Source of the DNA: an uncultured archaeon | GTDB lineage: Archaea > Aenigmatarchaeota > Aenigmatarchaeia > QMZP01 > JACQNV01 | Assembly (NCBI GenBank): GCA_964631205.1 | Contig: CAZVWU010000005.1 | Coordinates: 19,711 to 83,710, forward strand | Reading direction: 5' to 3' | DNA length: 64,000 nucleotides | Shown: positions 54,999 to 64,000 of the stretch, one piece after another | How positions within the stretch are numbered: the first letter of the stretch is position 1 | Layout: every line of letters starts with the position of its first letter | The notes under the pieces: model-generated | The model's database searches: none | Seen by the model: the letters and a program-made list of their open reading frames with translations, nothing else | What the model was told of the DNA's origin: nothing | Program-made: the position numbers and the translations under genes

Positions 54999-55682
54999 AT
55001 GAAACTGGCAATCCTGTACTCCGGCGGCAAAGATTCGACTTTTACAATTTACAAAGCCTTAAAAGAAGGGAATCAGGTCAGGTATTTGGTCTCCCTTATT
55101 TCTAAAAACCCTGCCTCCTATATGTTCCATTACCCGAATATTAATCTTACAAAAGTCCAGGCTGGTTGCATGGAGATCCCTATTATTACAAAAAAGACCA
55201 AAGGTGAAAAAGAAAAAGAACTGGAGGACATAAAAAATGTTTTGAAAAAAATAAGGGATGAGATTGATGGGGTTGGCGCAGGCGCTTTAGCCAGCAAGTA
55301 CCAGTATGACAGGGTGTCTAATATCTGCAAAGAGATGGGCTTGCGGGCCTACACGCCATGCTGGATGCAGGACCAGGAAGAGCATATAAAAGAGATTCTA
55401 AATGCAGGTTTTGAGGTTATATTTACTGGTGTTGCAGCCGGCGGGTTAGGGAAAGAATGGCTTGGCAGAAAATTGGACTGGCAGGCATTTGAAGATTTGA
55501 AAAAAATAAAGGAAAAATACAATATACATATCGGAGGGGAAGGCGGGGAGTACGAGAGTTTGGTTTTGGATTGTCCGCTTTACAAAAAGAAAATAGAGGT
55601 AAAAAAATCACATGAAGTCTGGGACGATAAAACCCAGAGCGGGCATTTGGTAATAGAAGATATAAAGCTTTCTGAGAAATAG
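54999..55682 (+). CDS. dph6: Diphthine--ammonia ligase (Dph6, MJ0570-family PP-loop ATPase)
   Basis: N-terminal LYSGGKDS PP-loop (SGGxDS). About 227 aa, the right size for MJ0570-like. Confidence 0.75.
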   Translation: MKLAILYSGGKDSTFTIYKALKEGNQVRYLVSLISKNPASYMFHYPNINLTKVQAGCMEIPIITKKTKGEKEKELEDIKNVLKKIRDEIDGVGAGALASKYQYDRVSNICKEMGLRAYTPCWMQDQEEHIKEILNAGFEVIFTGVAAGGLGKEWLGRKLDWQAFEDLKKIKEKYNIHIGGEGGEYESLVLDCPLYKKKIEVKKSHEVWDDKTQSGHLVIEDIKLSEK

Positions 55683-55686
55683 TTTT

Positions 55687-56274
55687 ATGGCGACTTATTT
55701 TCGCGTATTCATTCGAAAAACAGCATGTCCCGAAAATATATACAAAACTCTTGGAGATATTTATTTAGTTGAACCTTCTGTTAGTGTTCAGGGAGGTCCT
55801 GCTAGAAATAATAATGAAGTCGCAGCTATTGTTGTTGCGGTGACTAGGCGTTCAGACAGAAAAGATCTTGTTTATTTTGATCATGAAGTGACACCTAGAG
55901 TTTTTGGAGAAGAACTTTCTATACCTGTGATAGATCAATTTGAGATGGGAGGGGAGGCAAAGAGATATGTTACTGTTTTTAATGAAAAATTAATGGCAAG
56001 AAAATTGGGAGGCAAAGAGTATGGGATGCTGCCTCACATTAGGGAGAGGGTGCATACGTTCGGCTCTGGAAAAATATTCAGAGCTAGGTACCCAGCATCG
56101 GAGGATTGTTTTGATGATAGTCTGATGCTTGTTGTCGGGACAAGATCGGATGCTACTAATATGGAAATAGAATTGATAAAAAGGCTAAGAGAGCATGTAG
56201 GTAGATTTGCAATATCAAAAGAAACACTGTTGGAAGAATTTGAAGTAGCTGAAGATAGCAAGATCCGCAGCTAG
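55687..56274 (+). CDS. Hypothetical protein
   Basis: 195-aa ORF, no motif. Four nt after the dph6 stop (possible operon). Confidence 0.5.
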   Translation: MATYFRVFIRKTACPENIYKTLGDIYLVEPSVSVQGGPARNNNEVAAIVVAVTRRSDRKDLVYFDHEVTPRVFGEELSIPVIDQFEMGGEAKRYVTVFNEKLMARKLGGKEYGMLPHIRERVHTFGSGKIFRARYPASEDCFDDSLMLVVGTRSDATNMEIELIKRLREHVGRFAISKETLLEEFEVAEDSKIRS

Positions 56275-56472
56275 AAGGTTATAAATAATTTATTACCTGT
56301 GCCTCATCTTTCTGCTAAGCTTCTTGTGCTTGTGGTGCTTCATTTTTTTGTGTCTTTTTTTTCTTAAATTTGGCATAAAATCTGATGGAAATTGACCATG
56401 TCAATTTCAGCCTGCTTATATCAACCTCCCCTGTTTTTTATTATATATTGGTTAAGGTTGTATAAAAATAGT

Positions 56473-57399
56473 ATGGATAACAAAATAGTGATCCCGAAAA
56501 AATTCAGGGAGCGGTATAATAATCTTGTTGATGACAAAAAGGAGTTTTTTGCCTGCCTCGAAACCCCTTTGCCAAAAAGTTTCAGAGTCAATGTAATAAA
56601 AGGTGATAGAAAAAATATTATTGAAAAATTCCAGCAATATGGAATAAAAATTCAGCAAGTCAGCTGGCATAAAGATGCGTTTGTCACAGATTTTTTTCAA
56701 ATCGGCAGCACAATTGAGCATTTCATGGGGCACATCTACGTGCAGGAGCTGACTTCGATGATGCCGGTGGCAATTCTTTCAGAGAGCATAAAAGAAGGGA
56801 TTGCGCTGGATGCCTGCGCTGCGCCTGGTTCAAAAACAACCCAATTGGCCGCTTGTATGGAAAACAGGGGCGCAATAATCGCCAATGACATAAATTATAT
56901 CAGGATAAAGGCCCTGAAGTTTAATATTGAAAAGCTCGGGGTGTTAAACACAATAATCACAAACCGCGATTTCAGGTCCTTTTCTTTTCCGGAAAAATTT
57001 GATATTGTTTTATTGGATGCGCCCTGCACTTCAGAAGGGACGATAAGAAAGGATTGGAATGTGCTTTCACACTGGTCTGAGGCCAAAATTTTCGGGATCT
57101 CAAGGCTGCAGAAACAGCTTATTCTCAAGGGATTTGACTTTTTGAAAGAAGGCGGGACAATGGTTTATTCAACATGCACTTTTGCGCCCGAGGAAAATGA
57201 GGAAGTTGTGCAGCATTTGCTGGAGAACAGGGAAGATGTGATAATTGAAAAAATAAAATTAAATGGGTTTGAATTGTCTGAAGGTATATTAAATTGGAAT
57301 AAAAAAGGATTTGATGGCCAAATAAAAAATACTGCAAGGGTCTGGCCGCACCACAACAACACCGGCGGGTTTTTTATGGCGAAGATAAGGAAAAGTTAG
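56473..57399 (+). CDS. NOL1/NOP2/Sun-family RNA (cytosine-C5)-methyltransferase
   Basis: SAM motif DACAAPGSKT, catalytic LDAPCTSEG and MVYSTCTF (motif IV/VI cysteines). Start taken at MDNKIV. Confidence 0.85.
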   Translation: MDNKIVIPKKFRERYNNLVDDKKEFFACLETPLPKSFRVNVIKGDRKNIIEKFQQYGIKIQQVSWHKDAFVTDFFQIGSTIEHFMGHIYVQELTSMMPVAILSESIKEGIALDACAAPGSKTTQLAACMENRGAIIANDINYIRIKALKFNIEKLGVLNTIITNRDFRSFSFPEKFDIVLLDAPCTSEGTIRKDWNVLSHWSEAKIFGISRLQKQLILKGFDFLKEGGTMVYSTCTFAPEENEEVVQHLLENREDVIIEKIKLNGFELSEGILNWNKKGFDGQIKNTARVWPHHNNTGGFFMAKIRKS

Positions 57400-57928
57400 A
57401 TTCATTTTGCTTTATCTATCAGAACCTTCTGTTCAGCTGACCATTTCTGGTCAGGATGTTTTTTTATATAGTCAACCCACATGTCAATAAATTTTAGTCT
57501 CTCTTCAAAATTCCGTTTCTTGTCTTCTTCAAGCTCTTTCAGATTAATTTCAATGTTTTTCATAAAAGGTATTTTTTAAATTGCTCCCCAACTTTTAGTT
57601 TTTCAACTGCCGAGTGCGATCATAATAAATTCTTGATTAGTATATTTGGTTATAGGCGATTAATAAATGGGGTAATCTAAGCGGTTATAACACTATATAT
57701 TACGACATGCGAACCAACAAACCACTGGCTTTAGCCGGTGGTTGCGTATGGAATGCTGATATTAATTAAGATGAATGCCTTTTGCTTCTAATTTCTGTGT
57801 TATTTATACTATAGAACTTCATTGAAATGCTTTGTCCAATAATCAATCATTTTTAAGCATGCCCAGCAGAAAGCTTTAAATAGTAAGTCCACTATTATTT
57901 TACTATAATAAACTTTAGCAGGTGTAAA

Positions 57929-59137
57929 ATGCATATAGAAAGACTTTTAGAAAGGGAGATAAGGAATTATCTCCACAAAAAGGAGATAATTGCAGTTGTA
58001 GGTCCGCGACAAAGCGGTAAGACCACACTCATCAAGAAACTTTTTACCGAGATAAAAAACGGGGTTTTCCTGGATTTTGAGGATAGGGAGACATTAGAGC
58101 TGTTCAATCGGGATATAAAATCTTTTGTAGAGCTCTATGTCAAAAAATATGACTATTTATTTATAGATGAATTCCAGTATGCAAGGGAAGGGGGCAAGCA
58201 ACTGAAGTATATTTATGATAATTATAAAACAAAAATCATCATCTCAGGATCTTCTGTTAGCGAAATGTCAATTAACAGCATTAAATATCTAGTTGGGCGC
58301 ATATTTGTGTTTAATCTTTATCCTGTTTCCTTTGAAGAGTTTCTCAATTTCAAAGAGCCTGTTCTATACAAAAATATTTACACTAAAAGGCCCCTTTCTA
58401 AGCCTATTATAGATAAAATTCTCCGATATTTTTATGAGTTTTGCTTGTTTGGCGGTTATCCAAGGGTAATAATGACCGAAGACAAAAAAGAAAAAGAAAC
58501 TGTTTTAAAAAATATATACAACACATATTTTCTTAAAGAGATAAAAGAAATTTTAAATCTTCCGGATGATTATAAGCTAAGTAGGCTTCTAAATGCACTC
58601 GCCTTGCAAATCGGAAACATTATAAATTATAATGAGGTTTCAGGAATAACAGGATTCAGATATACTGAGCTGCTAAAACACATAAATATACTCGAAAAAA
58701 CCTTTATCTGTTTAACTGGCAAACCATTTTATACAAACAAAAGGACAGAACTCGTGAAGGCCCCAAAAATATTTTTCTTAGATAACGGTTTCAGAAACAT
58801 CGTAGTAAAAAACTTTCAGCCACTGGAAAATAGGCAGGATAAAGGGCCCCTTTATGAAAATTTTGTTGCTTCTGAATTTGTAAAAGAAGGTATTGATGTC
58901 AAATACTGGCGCTCGAAATCAAAGGCAGAGATTGATTTTGTAATTGAGAAGAATGGGGAAATAATACCCTTGGAAATTAAATCTGGTTTGTCTGAACCAA
59001 AGCTAACAAAATCATTCCACAGTTTTATTGACCATTATAAACCAAAAACTAGCTATGTGCTTTCTGAAAAATTGTGGAAAGATGCTGGGGGTGTAAGATT
59101 TAGACCAATATTTTTTGTAGAAAAATCAGTCAAATGA
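57929..59137 (+). CDS. AAA+ ATPase (AAA_14 + DUF4143 archaeal ATPase family)
   Basis: Walker A VVGPRQSGKTTL. Walker B-like YLFIDEFQY. Typical 400-aa architecture. Confidence 0.75.
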   Translation: MHIERLLEREIRNYLHKKEIIAVVGPRQSGKTTLIKKLFTEIKNGVFLDFEDRETLELFNRDIKSFVELYVKKYDYLFIDEFQYAREGGKQLKYIYDNYKTKIIISGSSVSEMSINSIKYLVGRIFVFNLYPVSFEEFLNFKEPVLYKNIYTKRPLSKPIIDKILRYFYEFCLFGGYPRVIMTEDKKEKETVLKNIYNTYFLKEIKEILNLPDDYKLSRLLNALALQIGNIINYNEVSGITGFRYTELLKHINILEKTFICLTGKPFYTNKRTELVKAPKIFFLDNGFRNIVVKNFQPLENRQDKGPLYENFVASEFVKEGIDVKYWRSKSKAEIDFVIEKNGEIIPLEIKSGLSEPKLTKSFHSFIDHYKPKTSYVLSEKLWKDAGGVRFRPIFFVEKSVK

Positions 59138-59366
59138 TGCAAGTTTCTGTCTCCTAAATGGCTTCTCCAATAAGTACAGATTATTTTTAGGCAACCTTTG
59201 ATCTTATTCTTTTGGATGTATTAACACCCCGTTAATAGCACAGCAAGATTGCAGCAGTACTGGTTAATATAAGCTGGCTGGGTTCCGCACTTGCATGTGC
59301 CTGCTCCTGTCATTAGATATATTTTGTGCGGGGCCTATTTAAATAATCTTTAGAGCAAACAAATGT

Positions 59367-59732
59367 ATGGAAGTCCTTAAAGGCAAAATATTTTCAGGCA
59401 TGGGGGTTGGCGGAAAAATAATTTTGGATTATCTGCCTGTTTTCAAGGAAAAATTCAGGATGGATTTCTTTCCAGGGACCCTGAACCTGAAGCTTGAAAA
59501 TGAATGGGATCTGCCAGCAGAAGCCGGATATATACAGCCTTTCACAAAAGCTGATGGGACCAGAAGAGGCGGCATCTGGTTTGTGAAAGGTAAGGTAAAA
59601 AATTTCCCTGTTTTTGTAATAAGACCTGAGCTTACAAAGCACCCGAAAGATGTTATTGAACTGATTTCCCCTGTAAACATAAGGAAGCAGTACGCGCTTG
59701 TGGATGGGGATATTCTAGAAGTTTATTTTTAG
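59367..59732 (+). CDS. ribK: CTP-dependent riboflavin kinase (archaeal RibK, MJ0056 family)
   Basis: GTLNLKL, PELTKHPKDVIELISPVNIRKQYALVDGDILEV match the archaeal riboflavin kinase beta-barrel. Confidence 0.8.
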   Translation: MEVLKGKIFSGMGVGGKIILDYLPVFKEKFRMDFFPGTLNLKLENEWDLPAEAGYIQPFTKADGTRRGGIWFVKGKVKNFPVFVIRPELTKHPKDVIELISPVNIRKQYALVDGDILEVYF

Positions 59733-59833
59733 ATCCCTTATTGATCCATAAATATAACAGTGTTATTTGAAGGAGACAGATTTCTTTAGGTGCCTATAAT
59801 TCTTATATATAACTATAGTTAACTATATGACAT

Positions 59834-60028
59834 ATGGCAGACCAAACAACAATTCAGATTGGCAGGGATACGCAAACAGAGCTAAAGGCAGTTGGCAGCA
59901 TGGAAGACACTTACGATACTGTTATAAAAAGGCTTATCGAAGAGCATAAATTATTTAAACGGAGAGAGTTTTTTGTGGAGGCACAGCATCAGATAGCAAA
60001 AAGAGGCAAGTTTGTGGAGCTTGATTAA
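59834..60028 (+). CDS. Putative antitoxin (small DNA-binding protein) paired with the downstream RelE-like toxin
   Basis: 64 aa. TTIQIGRDTQTELKAV...YDTVIKRLIEEH resembles archaeal antitoxin-like proteins. The stop is 1 nt before the toxin ATG. Confidence 0.5.
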   Translation: MADQTTIQIGRDTQTELKAVGSMEDTYDTVIKRLIEEHKLFKRREFFVEAQHQIAKRGKFVELD

Positions 60029-60029
60029 A

Positions 60030-60311
60030 ATGTTCAAAGTGCTTCTTGAGGTAGGGGTTCTCCAGAAAATCAACGGTTTTCCAGGAAAAGAGGCCAGAAG
60101 GTTCAAAGAACAGTTAAAGACACTCAGCGAAAATCCTTTTCCTGGTTTTGATCCGGATAAGAAAGAGATAAAAGGAGCTTCTAAAACAGCGTATAGGCTC
60201 AGGGTAGGAGATTACAGATTTTTTTATATTATAGAGGTTGAGAACAAAATTGTTAAAGTCACAGAATTTTTAACTGCTGAACAAGCCCACAGGAAATATG
60301 GGAGATTGTGA
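60030..60311 (+). CDS. RelE/ParE-family toxin
   Basis: AYRLRVGDYRFFYIIEVENKIVKV is a RelE-like signature. Start taken at MFKVLLE. Confidence 0.7.
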   Translation: MFKVLLEVGVLQKINGFPGKEARRFKEQLKTLSENPFPGFDPDKKEIKGASKTAYRLRVGDYRFFYIIEVENKIVKVTEFLTAEQAHRKYGRL

Positions 60312-60409
60312 GGCTTTTTCTAGTGGTCAGCTAGACTGCTGGATACTTTAAACCATCACTAAGTAATAAAAACAAAAGCTTTATAAAGCCCAGATCTTAT
60401 TATTTGGGT

Positions 60410-61255
60410 ATGGGATTAACCAGACGGGATGTTTTAAAGGCAGGTTTGGCAGGGGCTGTTGGAGCTCTCGCAGGCTGCAATGTCAGCGATATAGCTAAAA
60501 GGGTCCAAAGAGATTTTCTTGAGGCTGCAGGCTTATCTGATTCTGATAAAAAGCCTAGTTATGCGCCCATTTCCCAAGCAAACAATGCGGCTGTTTTAGA
60601 AAAAGTTTATAACCACTTCGACCCTTCTTTGCAACCTTACCTGAAAACTGTGCCTATCCTAAAAACTTTTGTCGGAGCACCAAAAGGTGTTATAGCTTAT
60701 GCCAACCGTGGCGCATTCCCTTACATAGGGGTCAGGTCAGATTGGGATAACCCGGATTTCCATGAAGGCAAAAAAGACCCGGTTTTGACTCATGAGCTTT
60801 TGCACATAATTCAAGACCACAATAAAATCGATGCTGCCAAATTCTTCGAAGCATTCAAGAGGTGGTATCTCGACGAAACTTACGGGCCTGCGAAATCTGC
60901 AGGCGGTGTGGATAAAGGCAGGTTTTATGGCAGAGGAAATGATATGAAATCGGCCATGTTTTCGGACTTATATGAAGATACAGAATGGGATGGCATAGGA
61001 GTTGACGATGAGGATCGGAGAGATATGGCCTATATGGAAAAGTATAGGGTCCTAAATCCTACACCGGGTGTGGAAGAGTTTGCTTACCTTGGACAAAGTA
61101 TAGTGCCCTATGATTTTGATCCAAATTCGCGATGGGCATTTGTTGCGACAGACAGGATGCTCGAATTATCTGACGAACTTTTCGGGTATTACAACGGGGT
61201 ATTGAATCCGGAGATACTTGCTTTGCGCGGGGATAGCATCTGGAAAAGTAAATAG
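60410..61255 (+). CDS. Predicted Tat-secreted lipoprotein with an HExxH motif (putative zinc metallopeptidase)
   Basis: Twin-arginine LTRRDVLKAGLAGAVGALAGC with lipobox Cys. THELLHII HExxH motif. Leaderless relative to the TATA GCTTTATAAAGCC at about 60380. Confidence 0.6.
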   Translation: MGLTRRDVLKAGLAGAVGALAGCNVSDIAKRVQRDFLEAAGLSDSDKKPSYAPISQANNAAVLEKVYNHFDPSLQPYLKTVPILKTFVGAPKGVIAYANRGAFPYIGVRSDWDNPDFHEGKKDPVLTHELLHIIQDHNKIDAAKFFEAFKRWYLDETYGPAKSAGGVDKGRFYGRGNDMKSAMFSDLYEDTEWDGIGVDDEDRRDMAYMEKYRVLNPTPGVEEFAYLGQSIVPYDFDPNSRWAFVATDRMLELSDELFGYYNGVLNPEILALRGDSIWKSK

Positions 61256-61257
61256 GT

Positions 61258-61500
61258 TTACCCCGGCAGAACATCCTGAAGCCCTTTTAAGTCTTTCTGC
61301 GCTTCTGCAAGATCAGAGCCTATTTTAGAAGAAGCTGTTTGGGCAGATTCCGGCGTTGTGACTTTTATTTCCTGTGTTGTATCGGGTGCAGGCTGCAGAT
61401 AGAAAATATAATAGAGTAAAGAGGCTATCACAACAACCAAGACTATTATAACGAGCGCAATAATTCCGTTATGCATAAATGCTGTCCAAAATGCCGCCAA
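61258..61500 (-). CDS. Small single-pass membrane protein
   Basis: 80 aa with one TM IIALVIIVLVVVIASLLYYIFYL. Overlaps the 3' end of the upstream gene. Doubtful. Confidence 0.35.
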   Translation of the reverse strand: MAAFWTAFMHNGIIALVIIVLVVVIASLLYYIFYLQPAPDTTQEIKVTTPESAQTASSKIGSDLAEAQKDLKGLQDVLPG

Positions 61501-63289
61501 GGTCAGCTGACAGTTGTTTGATGTCTGCCTTTAGTTTTGCAAAATCTTCTGTTGTTGGGTTATTTTTGATGGTTTTCACAAAAGAGTTTATGTTGCCTAT
61601 TTTATCTATAAGCTGGCCTAAACCCGCTTTCACCCTCCCCCACCTGTCTGCGTCTGCAGTTTGGCCTGTTGATCTCCAATATCCTGATATTTCAGCTGAA
61701 AGACTGCCGAGGCTGGCAAACCTTGTTTTTAACAGCTCCAGCCTGACTGCCGCATCCAGCAGGAAAGCTTTGTCTATTTCTTTTGCCTCTGTCGGGCATG
61801 ATTCTGGTATTGCGGTTGCAACAGGGGAAGGTGCAATTCCTGGTGTTGTTTGGGCCACTCTTATGTCAACACCCGATACTACATTGTCCTGTGTCGCTCT
61901 GACTGCATCAAGCCATACTGTTATTCCAAGGCTGCCAAAGTCTTTTGACTGGCCTTTATTTATTGTTGCTAAACCCACTTCAGTGCCTGTTGAGTCCTTT
62001 ACTGAGATTTTTGCCCAGCTGTTGTCAGAGCCCTGGATTGCATAAATTTTGTAATTCCCGAAGAGAGCTGTTTGCCCTCCAGTTAACATCGCAGCCCCCC
62101 CAGAAGACGGTATTGTTAGTGGCCCGGGAGTTGGATAGGGTGTTGAAGGTGGTGCTGGCGCGCCCTTTTTGGCTACTCTGATATTTACACCTATTATTTT
62201 GTTGTCCTGTGTTGCTTTCACAGCATCGAGCCATACTGTTATTCCAAGGCTGTCAAAGTCTTTTGAAGACCCTTTGTTTATTGTTTCTTGGGCGACTTCA
62301 GCTCCTGCTGAATTTCTTACTGAAATTTTTGCCCAGCTGTTTTCGGATCCCTGGACAGCATAGATCCTATAATTCCCAAAGGTTGTATATTCTGTTTCTG
62401 TGATTGCAGTGCTTCCTCCGGAAGAAGGCAATGGTGTTGGGACTAGAATGGCAGAGGATATGGCCAGAACAACCTTGTCAGAGAGCCCATTGGTTGCCGG
62501 GGACACTAAAAATAAATTATTGGGCACTTTCACGTTTTGGCTGCTTGCTCCGACATCAGTTGAGCCCACTTGTATTTCAGCAGGCTCGATGGCGGCAGTT
62601 ATTTCCCCAAGCCTGAATTCTGCATTGGTTATTTCTCCCCAAATAGTCCTATTCCTGAAATCTGCCTTGACAACAAAACTGGAATCCTTATCCCTTATTT
62701 TTAAAGACAAAATATTTTGCTTCGTAGAACCAAAGTTCTCTGTGTGCCCTGCAGACACATCAATATAATAAGGCAGCCCTACAGAGCTGTCACTAATCCT
62801 GAATGTGTAAGAAACCTGGGATGCCGCATCCAATAGAGCAGAGAATGCGTCCTTCTTTACAGCTGCGGCATTGAAGATGGTTGATGGGACAGGATAAAAG
62901 GATGTTGACGATACCGGATAAAATGAACCGTCCACTTTCCAATTTGTGCCATCATAATAAGCTATCATTACAGGTAAATTCTGCTTTCCGGGAGTATTTT
63001 CATAAGGCCCCCTTGTTTTGTTAAACAAAATAGCCATCCTTGAATAGCAGTTTCCGCCTGCCCCACATACAGTACCTGTAACATCGCTAGATATTTGTAT
63101 TCCGTTTAAGTTTCCGATAGTTTGGGTGTTATCTGAAAGGTTCATGGCAGATAACCCTACTACAGGCTCAATTTTTATTGTTGCATATTGTGTCTGCGCC
63201 CACCCAAGAGGGCTTACAGCCAAAAGCAAAAATGTTCCGATTACTAGAGGCAAGGCAAATTTTTCTTTGTTTTGAATTGAAAATCCCAT
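61469..63289 (-). CDS. Secreted protein with two tandem ~100-aa repeat domains
   Basis: Signal peptide. Repeats TxFGNYRIYAVQGSENSWAKISV...LGITVWLDAVKATQDN and FGNYKIYAIQGSDNSWAKISV...LGITVWLDAVRATQDN. Confidence 0.7.
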   Translation of the reverse strand: MGFSIQNKEKFALPLVIGTFLLLAVSPLGWAQTQYATIKIEPVVGLSAMNLSDNTQTIGNLNGIQISSDVTGTVCGAGGNCYSRMAILFNKTRGPYENTPGKQNLPVMIAYYDGTNWKVDGSFYPVSSTSFYPVPSTIFNAAAVKKDAFSALLDAASQVSYTFRISDSSVGLPYYIDVSAGHTENFGSTKQNILSLKIRDKDSSFVVKADFRNRTIWGEITNAEFRLGEITAAIEPAEIQVGSTDVGASSQNVKVPNNLFLVSPATNGLSDKVVLAISSAILVPTPLPSSGGSTAITETEYTTFGNYRIYAVQGSENSWAKISVRNSAGAEVAQETINKGSSKDFDSLGITVWLDAVKATQDNKIIGVNIRVAKKGAPAPPSTPYPTPGPLTIPSSGGAAMLTGGQTALFGNYKIYAIQGSDNSWAKISVKDSTGTEVGLATINKGQSKDFGSLGITVWLDAVRATQDNVVSGVDIRVAQTTPGIAPSPVATAIPESCPTEAKEIDKAFLLDAAVRLELLKTRFASLGSLSAEISGYWRSTGQTADADRWGRVKAGLGQLIDKIGNINSFVKTIKNNPTTEDFAKLKADIKQLSADLGGILDSIYA

Positions 63290-63446
63290 ATCAGTTCTTT
63301 CTGCGCTTCAGACACAAAACCCGAAACCAATCACCCACTACATATTATTCGGGGGGGGGACTTAAATAATCATCACATGCTTAGTTCTATTGGACCGCAG
63401 TGTCTGGCGAAATAAGCCTATTAAATATCTGGGTTTAATATCCTCT

Positions 63447-64000
63447 ATGGAATCTTGTTTTGAAAACGAATCTGTAAAAAAAGTTCTGGAGATTTCCGGC
63501 TATCCTGAGCTGAACCCTGCACAGAAAAAAGCTGTTGAAGCAGGCCTGCTGGAAAGTGGGAATTTTGTTGTTGCAGCGCCTACAGCAAGCGGGAAAACTT
63601 TGCTTTCTGAAATAAAGATTTTGGATATTGTCAGGAAAAACAAGAAAGCTTTGTATATTGTTCCTCTCAGGGCTTTGGCAAACGAGAAGTATGAAGAGTT
63701 TAAAGAAAAATATGAAAAGCTTGGCCTGAAAATTGCGATTTCTGTCGGCGACATGGACTCGTCTGACCTCTGGCTTTCGAGGTATGACATAATAATCTGC
63801 ACTTCTGAAAAGCTTGACAGCCTGATGAGGCACGAATCCCCGTGGATACAGGACGTCGGGCTGGTTGTTGTGGATGAGATCCATCTTCTGGATTCCCCGA
63901 ACAGGGGGCCCACTCTTGAAATTGTGCTGACAAAGCTTAGGCAGGTTGCAAATCCGCAGATACTCGGCCTGTCTGCGACAATAAGCAATTATCAGGAGCT
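63447..64000 (+). CDS. Hel308/Hjm (Ski2-like) DNA helicase, N-terminal fragment (continues beyond the window)
   Basis: Q-motif/Walker A APTASGKT. DEIH box (VVDEIHLL). SAT (LSATISN). No stop before the window end. Confidence 0.8.
   Translation, partial: MESCFENESVKKVLEISGYPELNPAQKKAVEAGLLESGNFVVAAPTASGKTLLSEIKILDIVRKNKKALYIVPLRALANEKYEEFKEKYEKLGLKIAISVGDMDSSDLWLSRYDIIICTSEKLDSLMRHESPWIQDVGLVVVDEIHLLDSPNRGPTLEIVLTKLRQVANPQILGLSATISNYQE

Noticed and set aside
57402-57928. Small 53-codon minus-strand ORF (57402..57561) and a 10-bp G:U-containing stem-loop (AACCACTGGC-TTTA-GCCGGTGGTT at about 57717-57740) in the AT-rich spacer before the AAA ATPase gene
   Set aside because: The ORF is below the size for confident calling and has no motif. 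The stem-loop is not followed by a T-tract and is not positioned after any gene end. Possibly a small RNA, but there is insufficient evidence.
1-64000. CRISPR arrays, rRNA and tRNA genes
   Set aside because: No regularly spaced short direct repeats with unique spacers were found, and no rRNA-like segments. The one T-loop-like string (GAGTTCGAAATC at about 51484-51495) does not sit in a cloverleaf, although the region 51438-51485 can form a bulged hairpin.

Overview
This is an archaeal chromosomal fragment of moderate GC content, judged archaeal from its gene content, not from any rRNA. The archaeal markers are the RNase P protein subunits Rpp30 and Pop5, RadB, Taw1, Dph6, Hef helicase plus a separate ERCC4 nuclease, a Hel308 fragment, a CTP-dependent riboflavin kinase and several class III (type IV pilin-like) signal peptides. 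Housekeeping genes sit at both ends: purA, a tRNA-binding protein and an LMW-PTP on the left; radB, taw1, the RNase P subunits, get3/arsA, idi-like, dph6, an NSUN methyltransferase, ribK and a RelE toxin-antitoxin pair on the right. The central ~40 kb (about 3.0 to 43.9 kb) is an accessory island made almost entirely of secreted or membrane-anchored proteins, mostly on the minus strand. It holds two paralogous giant proteins with class III signal peptides (902 and 706 aa), each followed by very large surface proteins (841, 1760, 1373, 994 aa). It also holds small pilin-like genes, proteins with FN3, PKD and LamG domains, a membrane-anchored metalloprotease, and an embedded oxidative-stress trio (peroxiredoxin, SOD, thioredoxin-NHL). 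I found no rRNA, tRNA or CRISPR array. The most striking non-coding signal is a family of six short intergenic elements with conserved ends ('TTCTAGTGCAGGTC' ... 'AAGAAGTGCTA') and a sequence-variable but structure-conserved central hairpin. They sit at the 3' ends of the minus-strand surface-protein genes, often with the gene's stop codon embedded. One copy is inverted and flanked by 31-bp direct repeats. Other notable features are a segmental duplication that creates cassette-like paralogs (conserved N-terminus and last codons, unrelated middle) next to a giant gene and a remnant of its C-terminus, duplicated promoter-hairpin modules, and palindromic TATA boxes.
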